Translations under genes and position numbers: made by a program | Shown here: positions 23,850 through 34,684 of the stretch, piece after piece | Numbering within the stretch: the stretch's first letter is position 1 | How the letters are laid out: each line of letters begins with the position of its first letter | Origin: Somniosus microcephalus | Taxonomy: Eukaryota | Length of the DNA stretch: 64,000 nucleotides | Reading direction: 5' to 3' | Assembly: GCA_052327205.1 (NCBI GenBank) | Contig: JBMRGM010000036.1 | Location: forward strand, 79,484,001-79,548,000 | The notes under the pieces: generated by a model | Told to the model about the DNA's origin: nothing | What the model saw: the letters and a program-made list of their open reading frames with translations, nothing else | Database searches by the model: none

Positions 23850-24196
23850 CACAGAATCACAGAAACCCCACAGTGCAGATAGAGGCCATTTCGGCCCATC
23901 GAGCCTGCACCGACACATATCCCACCCGATCCCCATAACCCCTACACCAACACATATCCCACCCTATCCCCGTAACCCCACGTATTTAATCCCCCTAACA
24001 CTAAGGGTCAATTTTTATCATGGCCAATCAACCTAACCCGCACATCTTTGGACTGTGGGAGGAAACCGGAGCACCCGGAGGAAACCCACGCAAACACGGG
24101 GAGAATGTGCAAACTCCACACAGACAGTCGCCCGAGGCCGGATTCGAACCCGGGTCCCTGGCGCTGTGAGGCAACAGTGCTAACCACTATGCCACC
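23850..24196 (-). mobile_element. V-SINE (HE1-like), tRNA-derived
   Basis: Head GGTGGCATAGTGGTTAGC..GGTTCGAATCC; V-domain TGTGTGGAGTTTGCACATTCTCCCCGTG..GGGTTTCCTCCGGGTGCTCCGGTTTCCTCCCAC; CR1-like tail. Confidence 0.88.
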
Positions 24197-24284
24197 GAAT
24201 GGCTTGTTTCTGTGCGTGTACTTTTTATATTATTCTATGCCGTTGGACACCATTGGAGTAACCGAACATCCTGGTGTCTGGACA

Positions 24285-24460
24285 GTTTTGGAGCGTTTTG
24301 GAGCCTTTCGGTGCGCTTTTGAGTTTTGGAGTGTTTTGTAGTGTCTGTTTAGAAGCAAGTGTTTGGGGGTGTTTGGGAGTGACTGTTTAGGAGCGAGTGT
24401 TTAGGAGTGTTTGGGAGTATTTGGGAGTGACAGTTTAGAAGCGGGTGTTTTGGAGTGTTC
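24285..24460 (+). repeat. degenerate GTGTTT(G/A)GGA simple repeat
   Basis: Visible ~10-14-bp periodicity. Confidence 0.7.
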
Positions 24461-24506
24461 AAAACGTACGGGGTCCAATTAGCTAAATATTGCTCCTATT
24501 TTTCAG

Positions 24507-24572
24507 GCGCGTCGGTGGACAACATTGGAATAGCTGAGCGCAGCTCCTTAAGGCCTGACCAATCGTCACAAG
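24507..24572 (+). CDS. candidate 66-nt phase-1 repeat exon, copy 5 ((G)ASVDNIGIAERSSLRPDQSSQ)
   Basis: TTTTTCAG| ... AAG|GTAGGG, open in phase 1. Confidence 0.4.
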
Positions 24573-24890
24573 GTAGGGTTATCTAAATATTGGCCATGTT
24601 TTTCAGGCAAGTCGTTGGACAGCTGTTGGCTGACGGACTGAGGTCGCGTTGACGGTGTGCAATCCCAGAATGCATCTGCGGGGCTGTGATGTCACGGGTA
24701 CTGAGCTGCGGAGGTCTCCGTCACGCGCACGGGCTCTGTGGTGCCTCCCCGCTTTCTGTAAAATGGGGGAGGGAGGGGGGTCCCTCGAGGACTGTGTGGG
24801 CGGGGGTGGTGGGGGTCCCCTCACAGACTGTGACTGTTGTGCCCCTAGCTTCTACCCCCCCCGACTCACCGGCCGTGTGCTCTCTTACAG

Positions 24891-24971
24891 CTTCGCACGA
24901 AGCGTCAAACAGCCAGGCTTTCTCCAGCTGGATGGCGGGCCTGCCGGATTCCAGCACGCCAGAGAGCACAG
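24891..24971 (+). CDS. internal exon of unidentified + strand gene ((A)SHEASNSQAFSSWMAGLPDSSTPEST)
   Basis: Branch-like GACTCAC, TCTCTTACAG acceptor, CAG|GTAACT donor, 81 nt phase 1-1, open. Confidence 0.6.
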
Positions 24972-25361
24972 GTAACTCACCCGGCAGCAACCCCCCCCCC
25001 CCCCCCCCGCAAACAGGTGGCAGAACCCTGCACGGGCTGAGGGCGGTCCCCAAAAACACTTTGAAAACTTCCCGCACTCGCGGGAAACTGTCCAGAAACT
25101 CCCGGCGGAAAGCGAAGGGCGAGTGGGGGGGCGGGGTGCTCGGCTGTGATACGATGCCCCTCGTGGTCAAAGAGCCTCTTGGGCGGGGGGGTGATGGGGG
25201 AGAGAGAGAGAAGTGGAAGCCTAAGTTTTGGAGTTGTGGGGGGGAGGGGGAAAAAGAGGGATTAACGCCTTACACAACGTGGACCTGAGCAGCGGCAGCA
25301 GCTTAGAGGGAGCTGAGCGGCGACTTAAAAAAAAATAAGGAGTGACGTCCTGGGACAGCAG

Positions 25362-28300
25362 AAGGCAGAGTATAAATCGAGCGGGAGCCCCAGAGAGAGC
25401 GCAGACTGGAGCAGCGAGGAGGCAGAGTATAAATCGAGCGGCAGCCCCAGAGAGAGCGCAGACTGGAGCAGCAAGGAGGCAGAGTATAAATCGAGCGGGA
25501 GGCCCAGAGAGAGCGTGAACTGGAGCAGCGAGGAGGCAGAGTATAAATCGAGCGGGAGGCCCAGAGAGAGTGCGGACTGGAGCAGCGAGAAGGCAGAGTA
25601 TAAATCGAGCGGGAGGCCCAGAGAGAGCGTGGACCGGAGCAGCGAGGAGGCAGAGTATAAATCGAGCGGGAGGCCCAGAGAGAGTGCGGACTGGAGCAGC
25701 GAGGAGGCAGAGTATAAATCGAGCGGGAGGCCCAGAGAGAGCGTGGACTGGAGCAGCGAGGAGGCAGAGTATAAATCGAGCGGGAGGCCCAGAGAGAGTG
25801 CGGACTGGAGCAGCGAGGAGGCAGAGTATAAATCGAGCGGGAGGCCCAGAGAGAGCGTGAACTGGAGCAGCGAGGAGGCAGAGTATAAATCGAGCGGCAG
25901 CCCCAGAGAGAGCGCAGACTGGAGCAGCAAGGAGGCAGAGTATAAATCGAGCGGGAGGCCCAGAGAGAGCGTGAACTGGAGCAGCGAGGAGGCAGAGTAT
26001 AAATCGAGCGGGAGGCCCAGAGAGAGTGCGGACTGGAGCAGCGAGGAGGCAGAGTATAAATCGAGCGGGAGGCCCAGAGAGAGCGTGGACCGGAGCAGCG
26101 AGGAGGCAGAGTATAAATCGAGCGGGAGGCCCAGAGAGAGTGCGGACTGGAGCAGCGAGGAGGCAGAGTATAAATCGAGCGGGAGGCCCAGAGAGAGCGT
26201 GAACTGGAGCAGCGAGGAGGCAGAGTATAAATCGAGCGGGAGGCCCAGAGAGAGTGCGGACTGGAGCAGCGAGGAGGCAGAGTATAAATCGAGCGGGAGG
26301 CCCAGAGAGAGCGTGGACTGGAGCAGCGAGGAGGCAGAGTATGAATCGAGCGGGAGGCCCAGAGAGAGTGCGGACTGGAGCAGCGAGGAGGCAGAGTATA
26401 AATCGAGCGGGAGGCCCAGAGAGAGCGTGAACTGGAGCAGCGAGGAGGCAGAGTATAAATCGAGCGGGAGGCCCAGAGAGAGTGCGGACTGGAGCAGCGA
26501 GGAGGCAGAGTATAAATCGAGCGGGAGGCCCAGAGAGAGCGCGGACCGGAGCAGCGAGGAGGCAGAGTATAAATCGAGCGGGAGGCCCCAGAGAGAGTGC
26601 GGACTGGAGCAGCGAGGAGGCAGAGTATAAATCGAGCGGGAGCCCCAGAGAGAGTGTGGACTGGAGCAGCGAGGAGGCAGAGTATAAATCGAGCGGGAGG
26701 CCCAGAGAGAGCGCGGACTGGAACAGCGAGGAGGCAGAGTATAAATCGATCGGGAGGCCCCAGAGAGAGCGTGGACTGGAGCAGCGAGGAGGCAGAGTAT
26801 AAATCGAGCGGGAGGCCCAGAGAGAGCGTGGACTGGAGCAGCGAGGAGGCAGAGTATAAATCGAGCGGGAGGCCCAGAGAGAGCGTGGACTGGAGCAGCG
26901 AGGAGGCAGAGTATAAATCGAGCGGGAGGCCCAGAGAGAGCGTGGACTGGAGCAGCGAGGAGGCAGAGTATAAATCGATCGGGAGGTCCAGAGAGAGCGT
27001 GGACTGGAGCAGCGAGGAGGCAGAGTATAAATCGATCGGGAGGCCCAGAGAGAGCGTGGACTGGAGCAGCGAGGAGGCAGAGTATAAATCTAGCGGGAGG
27101 CCCAGAGAGAGCGCGGACTGGAGCAGCGAGGAGGCAGAGTATAAATCGAGCGGGAGGCCCAGAGAGAGCGTGGACTGGAGCAGCGAGGAGGCAGAGTATA
27201 AATCGATCGGGAGGCCCAGAGAGAGCGTGGACTGGAGCAGCGAGGAGGCAGAGTATAAATCGAGCGGGAGGCCCAGAGAGAGCGCGGGCTGGAGCAGCGA
27301 GGAGGCAGAGTATAAATCGAGCGGGAGGCCCAGAGAGAGCGTGGACTGGAGCAGCGAGGAGGCAGAGTATAAATCGAGCGGGAGGCCCAGAGAGAGCGTG
27401 GACTGGAGCAGCGAGGAGGCAGAGTATAAATCGAGCGGGAGGCCCAGAGAGAGCGTGGACTGGAGCAGCGAGGAGGCAGAGTATAAATCGAGCGGGAGGC
27501 CCAGAGAGAGCGTGGACTGGAGCAGCGAGGAGGCAGAGTATAAATCGATCGGGAGGCCCAGAGAGAGCGTGGACTGGAGCAGCGAGGAGGCAGAGTATAA
27601 ATCGAGCGGGAGGCCCAGAGAGAGCGCGGACTGGAGCAGCGAGGAGGCAGAGTATAAATCGAGCGGGAGGCCCAGAGAGAGCGTGGACCGGAGCAGCGAG
27701 GAGGCAGAGTATAAATCGAGCGGGAGGCCCAGAGAGAGCACAGATCGAAGCAGCGAGGAGGCAGAGTATAAATCGAGCGGGAGGCCCAGAGAGAGCGCAG
27801 ACTGGAGCAGCGGCGGCAGCGAGGAGGCAGAGTATAAATCGAGCGGGAGGCCCAGAGAGAGCGTGGACTGGAGCAGCGAGGAGGCAGAGTATAAATCGAG
27901 CGGGAGGCCCAGAGAGAGCGTGGACTGGAGCAGCGAGGAGGCAGAGTATAAATCGAGCGGGAGGCCCAGAGAGCGCGTGGACTGGAGCAGCGAGGAGGCA
28001 GAGTATAAATCTAGCGGGAGGCCCAGAGAGAGCGTGGACTGGAGCAGCGAGGAGGCAGAGTATAAATCGAGCGGGAGGCCCAGAGAGCGCGTGGACTGGA
28101 GCAGCGAGGAGGCAGAGTATAAATCTAGCGGGAGGCCCAGAGAGAGCGTGGACTGGAGCAGCGAGGAGGCAGAGTATAAATCGAGCAGGAGGCCCAGAGA
28201 GAGTGTGGACTGGAGCAGCGAGGAGGCAGAGTATAAATCGAGCGGGAGCCCCAGAGAGAGTGCAGACTGGAGCAGCGGCGGCAGCGAGGAGGCAGAGTAT

Positions 28301-28715
28301 AAATCGAGCGGGAGGCCCAGAGAGAGCGTGGACTGGAGCAGCGAGGAGGCAGAGTATAAATCGAGCGGGAGGCCCAGAGAGAGCGCGGACTGGAGCAGCG
28401 AGGAGGCAGAGTATAAATCGAACGGGAGGCCCCAGAGAGAGCGCAGACTGGAGCAGCGAGGAGGCAGAGTATAAATCGAACGAGAGGCCCAGAGAGAGCG
28501 TGGACTGGAGCAGCAAGGAGGCAGAGTATAAATCGAACGAGAGGCCCAGAGAGAGCACAGATCGAAGCAGCGAGGAGGCAGAGTATAAATCGAGCGGGAG
28601 CCCCAGAGAGAGTGCAGACTGGAGCAGCGGTGGCAGCGAGGAGGCAGAGTATAAATCGAGCGGGAGGCCCCAGAGAGAGCGCAGACTGGAGCAGCGGCGG
28701 CAGCGAGGAGGCGGA
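25362..28715 (+). repeat. 57-bp tandem array (~59 copies) forming the 5' UTR of CR1 'C'; each unit has TATAAAT
   Basis: Unit GGCAGAGTATAAATCGAGCGGGAGGCCCAGAGAGAGCGTGGACTGGAGCAGCGAGGA; 19-aa periodicity in the ORF track. Confidence 0.97.
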
Positions 28716-28838
28716 GTACCTCCAGCGAAAACCACAAAAACAACTGCAAAACAACTAAAGTGACGTCACAACCAGGGAAGGAGCTGATGGGTGAGTAGCT
28801 GGTAAGTGTTTCTAATTAATAGTCTATTAAGTAAAGGC

Positions 28839-29739
28839 ATGGCAGGGCAGCTCAGTCCCGTGGAATGCACATCCTGTGTCATGTGGGAACTCCAGGACGC
28901 TTCCCGTGTCCTGGACAACCACATGTGCAGGAAGTCTCGTCAGCGGGAGGAGCTCGAGCTCCAGGTTTTGGAGCTTGAGCAGCAGCTGGCGTCACTGCGG
29001 TGCATCCGTGAGGCTGAGAGCTACGTGGATAGCACGATTCAGGAGGTGGTCACCCCACAGATAGTGTGTGCAGGCAGAGAAGGGGATGGGTGACCACCAG
29101 ACAGGAGAGGAGGACCAGGCAGGTAGTGCAGGAGTCCCCCGAGTGCATCTCGCTCTCCAACCAGTATTCGGTTCTGAGTACTGGTGAGGGCGATGGTTCA
29201 TCTGGGGAGTACAGCCAGAGCCAAGTCTGCGGCACCATGGGTGGCTCAGCTGTACGGGGTAGGAAGAAGAGTGGGAAAGCAATAGTGGTAGGGGAGCAGA
29301 CAGGCGTGACTGCAGGATGGTATGCTGCCTCCCTGGTGCCAGGGTCAAGGATGTCACTGACCATTCTGAGGCGGGAAGGTGAATGAAAGCCAGAGGTCGT
29401 GGTCCATATTGGTACCAACGACATAGATAGAAAGAGGGATGAGGACCTGCAGGCAGATTTCAGGGAGCTAGGAAAGAGATTAAAAAGCAGGACCTCAAAG
29501 GTAGTAATCTCCGGATTACCCCCGGTGCCACGCGCTGATGAGTATAGAAATAGGAGGATCGAGCAGATGAATGCGTGGCTGGATGGTGCAGGAGGGAAGG
29601 CTTTAGATTCCTGGAGCATTGGGACCGCTTCTGGGGGAGGTGGGACCTGTACAGGCCGGACGGGTTGCACCTCAACAGGGCCGGAACCAATGTCCTCGCG
29701 GGGAGGTTTGCTAGTGCTGTTGGGGAGGGTTGAAACTAA
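28839..29739 (+). pseudogene. CR1 'C' ORF1 (zinc-finger-like/leucine zipper + esterase), disrupted
   Basis: ECTSCVMWE..HMCRK, LELQVLELEQQL, VHIGTNDI, VVISGL. Confidence 0.85.
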
Positions 29740-29887
29740 GTTGGCAGGGGGGTGGGCACCAGGATGTAACATTGGAAAGGGGAAATAAAGTCCTCAAAGG
29801 ATTGGGAGAGGCAGAGAGCGCTAAAGTAAGAAATAGTAAGGTAATATTGGGGGGGTCAAACTAAGAGAGAATACAGGATGGTCTAAG

Positions 29888-32582
29888 ATGGGTTTACAGT
29901 GTATGTATGTGAACGCACGAAGCGTAGTCAACAAGGTAAGTGAGCTGCAGGCACAAATAGCCACATGGGAATATGATGTGGCAATAACTGAGACCTGGCT
30001 CAAAAAAGGGCAGGATTGGGTATTAAATATTCCTGGTTATAAACTGTTCAGGAAAGATAGGAGAACCAACCAGTGTTAGTCAAGAAGAATGTTACAGTGC
30101 TGGAGAGGGAGGATGTCCTGGAGAGGTCAAGGGCAGAATCTATATGGCTAGAGTTAAGAAATAATAGGTGCCATTACACTACTCGGTGTATTCGATAGAC
30201 CACCAACTAGTGGGAAAGATATGGAGGAGCAAATTTCAGAGAAATTACAGAGAGGTGCAAGAACTATAGAGTCGTGATAATGGGGGACTTCAACTATCCT
30301 AATATAGACTGGGATCGCAATAGTGTTAAAGGCAGAGAGGGGGAAGAATTCCTGAAGTGTGTTCAGGAAAACTTTCTTGATCAGTATGCTTCCGGCCCGA
30401 CGAGGGAGGAGGCATTGCTGGATCTGGTCCTGGGGAATGAGGTAGCTCAAGTGGAGCAAGTGTTAGTAGGTGAACATTTAGGGAATAGTGATCATAGTAT
30501 CATAAGTTTTGATTAGCAATGGTAAAGGACAGGGAGCAATCTAGAGTAAAAATGTTTAACTGGGGGAAGGCCAATTTCAGTGGGATGAGAACGGATCTGG
30601 CCCGGGTAAACTGCAATCAAAGATTGGCAGGAAAACTGTAATGGAACAATGGGCTACCTTTAAAGAGGAAATAGTTCAGGGACAGTCGAGGTACATTCCC
30701 ACTAGGGGGAAAGGCAGGGCAACTAAAGTCAGGGCTCCCTGGATGATGAAAGATAGAGAGTAAGATGAAGCAGAAAAAGATCACGTATGACAGACGTCAG
30801 GTTGCAAATACATCTGAGAATCAGGCTAAATATAGAAAGGTCAGAGGAGAAGTGAAAAAGAAAATAAGAGAGGGTATGAGAATAGAATGGCAGCCAACAT
30901 AAAAGGTAATCCAAAAGTCTTCTATAGGCATATAAATCGTAAAAGGGTAGTAAGAGGAGGGGCCAATTAGGGACCAAAAAGGAGACCTACGCATGGAGGC
31001 AGAGGGCATGGCTGAGGTACTAAATGAGTACTTTGCATCTGTCTTCACCAAGGAAGAGGATGCTGCCATAGACAAAGTGAAGGAAGAGGTAGTGGAGATA
31101 CTTGATGGGATAAAAATTGATAAAGGCTGGCTGTACTTAAAGTAGATAAATCACCAGGAGAGGATGGGATGCATCCTAGGATGCGGAGGGAATTGTGGGA
31201 GGAAATTGCGGAGGTACTGGTCATAATATTCCAATCCTCCTTAGATACGGGGGTAGTGCCAGAGGACTGGAGAATTGAAAATGTTACACCATTGTTCAAA
31301 AAAGGGTGTAAAGATAAACCCAGCAATTACAGGCCAGTCAGTTTGACCTCAGTAGTGGGGAAGCTTTTAGAAACAGTAATCAGGGACAAAATTAAGTCAC
31401 TTGGACCAGCATTAATTAAGGGAAGCCAGCACGGGTGTGTTAAAGGCAAATCGTGTTTAACCAACTTGATCCGAGATTTTTGATGAGGTAACAGAGAGGG
31501 TTGATGAGGGTAATGTGGTTGATGTGGTGAACGTGGATTTCCAAAAGGTGTCCGACAAAGTGCCACATAATAGGCTCGCCAGCAAAGTTGAAGCCCATGG
31601 AATAAAAGGGACGGTGGCAGCATGGATACGAAATTGGTTAAGTGACAGGAAACAGAGAGTAGTGGACGGTTGTTTTTCGGACTGGAGGAAGGTATACAGT
31701 GGTGTTCCCCAGGTGTCGGTTCTAGGACCACTGCTTTTCTCGATATATATTAATGACTTGGCCTTGGGAGTACAGGGCACTGTTTCAAAATTTGCAGATG
31801 ATACAAAACTTGGAAGTACAGTGAACAGTGAGGAGGAGAGTGACAGACTTCAGGAAGACATAAACAGGCTGGTGGAATGGGTGGACACGTGGCAGATGAA
31901 ATTTAACGCAGAAAAGTGTGAAGTGATATTCTTTCTACCAAAATGTGAGGAGAGGAAATATAAACTAAAGGGTACAATCCTAAAGGGGGTACACGAACAG
32001 AGAGACCAGGGGGTATGTGTGCACAAATCATTGAAGGTGGCAGGGCAGGTTGAGAAAGTGGTTAAAAAGGCTGACGGGATCCCGGGCTTCGTGAATAGAG
32101 GTATAGAGTACAAAAGTGTGGAAATTATGATAAACCTGTATAAAACACTGGTTCGGCCCCAACGGGAGTATTGTGTCCAATTCTGGGCACCGCACTTTAG
32201 GAAGGATGTGAAGGCCTTAGAGAGGGTGCAGAAAAGATTTACAAGATTGGTTCCAGGGATGAGGGACTTCAGTTACGTGGATGGACTGGAGAAGCTGGGC
32301 TTGTTCTCCTTGGAGCAGAGAAGGTTGAGAGGAGATTTGATAGAGGTGTTCAAAATCATGAGGGGTCGGGACAGAGTAGACAGAGAGAAACTGTTCCCAT
32401 TGGCAGAAGGGTCGAGAACCAGAGGACACAGATTTAAGGTGATTGGCAAAAGAACCAAAGGCGACACGAGGAAAAACTTTTTTACTCAGCGTGTGGTTCG
32501 GATCTGGAATGCGCTGCCTGAAAGGGCGGTGGAGGCAGATTCAATCGTGGCTTTCAAAAGGGAATTGGATAAGTACCTGTAG
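29888..32582 (+). pseudogene. CR1 'C' ORF2 (APE + RT), multiple frameshifts
   Basis: YVNARS, ITETW, MGDFN, SDH; 355-aa RT piece with FADDTK. Confidence 0.9.
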
Positions 32583-32764
32583 GAAAATAAGGTGCAGGGC
32601 TATGGGGAAAGGGCGGGGGAGTGGGACTCACTGAAGTGCTCTTGCAGAGAGCCGGCACAGGCTCGACGGGCCAAATGGCCTCCTTCTGTGCTGTAACCAT
32701 TCTCTGATTCTATACACGGGCGAACTAACTAACGTTATTTTTGTTGCCTCTCTTTGATTTGCAG

Positions 32765-32865
32765 TGTTTAACTTTTCATTGGAAGAGGGGAACACTCCCG
32801 TGAACACCTCGGAGGCAAATTGGTCCGTTAGCAGCGAACGGCATCGGCGCAGCCCGCACCAATAG
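32765..32865 (+). CDS. terminal coding exon of unidentified + strand gene ((V)FNFSLEEGNTPVNTSEANWSVSSERHRRSPHQ*)
   Basis: ACTAAC branch point, polypyrimidine tract, TTTGCAG acceptor; phase 1 matches upstream donors; TAG at 32863-32865. Confidence 0.6.
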
Positions 32866-33414
32866 CATCTCTCGCCGAGGGAGCAATCAAACCTGGCTGG
32901 GTGGGATTTATTTTTTTAAATTTAAGAGGGGAGGGTTAGGATTGTGAATAGTACGATTTGAGGAATTGTCTGTGCCAGCACTGTGCAGTGACCTGGGGGT
33001 CAGGGGGCGGAATTATATATACACCCCTGCGCTCGTCTTTTTTTGTACTCCGAATTAAAGAGAGATTGTACAGCTGTCAGCCACTGCGTATAATTTCAGT
33101 CTTCAGATTGTTTTGCGTGGCCCCCTGCTTGAGTAACAGACGGAGCAGGACAACACCCTCCCTCACCAGACTAGTCCAATGTTCCAGGATCCCCTGCAGT
33201 CAGCAGACTCAGTCACAAAAGGTCAGTCCCCCTGCTTCCCCAGCCTGTTCTCTGCACTCTTGCTTAAACACCCTTAAACTACCTCCCCTCCCCCCAAAAA
33301 CCAACCTGTACCTCAGTCAAATACCTCGTCCTTCTCCACACAAATGCCCCAGTTACAGAGGCAGGTGTGCAGGGACTCTGGCTGTGTATTGCCACATGAT
33401 AATGTTGATTCTCC

Positions 33415-33715
33415 TATCCTGGGAGTGTTTGACAGGACAGTGTAGAGGGCCTTTACTCTGTATCTAACCCGTGCTGTACCTGCCCTGGTAGGGTTTGACG
33501 GGACAGTGTAGAGGGAAGCTTTACTCTATCTAACCCCATGCTGTACCTGCCCAGGGAGTGTTTGATGGGGACAGTCTAGAGGGAGCTTTACTCTGTATCT
33601 AACCCGTGCTGTACCTGCCCTGAGAGTGTTTGATGGGACAGTGTTAGAGGGAGCTTTACTCTGTATCTAACCCGTGCTGTACCTGCCCTGGGAGTGTTTG
33701 ATGGGACAGTGTAGA
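33415..33715 (-). repeat. 67-bp minisatellite, ~4.5 copies
   Basis: Reverse complement of the unit at 1490-1877. Confidence 0.92.
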
Positions 33716-34506
33716 ATGATCTTTTACGTGAACAGGACTTCAATTTTACATCTCCTCCCCCATGCAGCAGTCCCTCAGTACCGTTCTGGAGCATCAGTCC
33801 TGGGGTAGTGAAAGGTCTGCCTTTTTCTGAAGCTGAACAGTTCTTGCCTTGATTTCAAGTGTCCTCTTTTAAACTACCTACCTCTGTTTGGAGGCCCCAT
33901 CCATGAACACACACTTTCAGATACTAAACATCAGTGTTACGTCAGATAAATCCCAGCCGGATCCAGTCTGAGGCGATGGCCAGAGTAGAATGATGTCGTC
34001 ATCTCCTGCAAGGCCTCGGGTTAATTGTAGACACAGTACGATCCTTGCGCAGCCAGTATTTGTAATAAAATATTTCCCTACCCCACAACTTTCTCAGCCA
34101 GGTCAACCCATCCCATGTCCCAATTAGCTTAGGCTACCTCAATGCAAAGACTGGAGACAAGAGAGTGACGTGCAGGAAATGGGGAACCCAGCCTAGTTAC
34201 AGCCACCAATGCCCAACATCAGGGCCCACACAGTCGACGACAACAATTTTAAATGGTGCAGAAAGCATCTCACAAAGGGGACTGTTGGACACACCTTTTA
34301 ATAATCTCTGGATTTGGGGGCGGGGCAGGGAAGAGAGAATAGGGAAAAGAAAGAATCCCTCCACAGGGCACATACAGGAATAGAACTAAAAATTTGACAT
34401 GGACAGAGAGACACAGCAGAACAAAAGGACAGCAAATCAAACCCCTAGCTTATCAGCATTTCTCAGTCACATTTCCAGCTGCTCGCTCTCAAGAACCACA
34501 GTGTCT

Positions 34507-34684
34507 TCAGGCCTTCCCGCAGCACAGGCCGAACATCTCCTGAGAGGCGTAGGTCATGTACAGGAATCCATCCTCCTCCTTGTATTCGGTGTAGATCTCG
34601 GCCATGGTCAGGGACATGCTCGCCAGACTCCGCTCGTTCACCATTAGGTAAAAAGCCTGGCTCGAAGTGAGAGACATGCGGTTC
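34507..34684 (-). CDS. MAP1LC3C: MAP1LC3C-like exon 4 (RNRMSLTSSQAFYLMVNERSLASMSLTMAEIYTEYKEEDGFLYMTYASQEMFGLCCGKA*)
   Basis: ATG8 C-terminal motif DGFLYMTYASQEMFG; GGCCAG acceptor; TGA. Confidence 0.95.

Larger units (their letters stand above)
7995..24240 (+). mobile_element. degenerate CR1 fragment, unit copy 4, split into pieces (7995-8470, 17609-18124, 22579-22885, 23661-23850, 24197-24240) by nested insertions
   Basis: Pieces rejoin colinearly with copy 3 across each insertion. Confidence 0.8.
25278..32712 (+). mobile_element. full-length but decayed CR1 LINE 'C' with 5' tandem array
   Basis: Array, ORF1 remnant, APE/RT remnants, tail ATTCTCTGATTCTA; possible TACAC duplication at 25271-25275 and 32713-32717. 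Confidence 0.92.

Noticed and set aside
24120-24196. tRNA-like sequences (also ~6100-6182, 47150-47232, 54875-54940)
   Set aside because: A/B boxes belong to SINE heads; no complete cloverleaf
24285-24460. Interstitial telomere-like repeat
   Set aside because: Unit is GTGTTTGGGA-like, not TTAGGG
25303-28763. 1148-, 1136- and 625-aa ORFs
   Set aside because: By-products of a 57-bp (19-codon) unit lacking stops in several frames; frames switch at single-base indels, so there is no sign of coding constraint
34507-34525. C-terminal CGKA as a CaaX prenylation signal
   Set aside because: Non-aliphatic middle residues, and the tail after Gly is normally removed by ATG4
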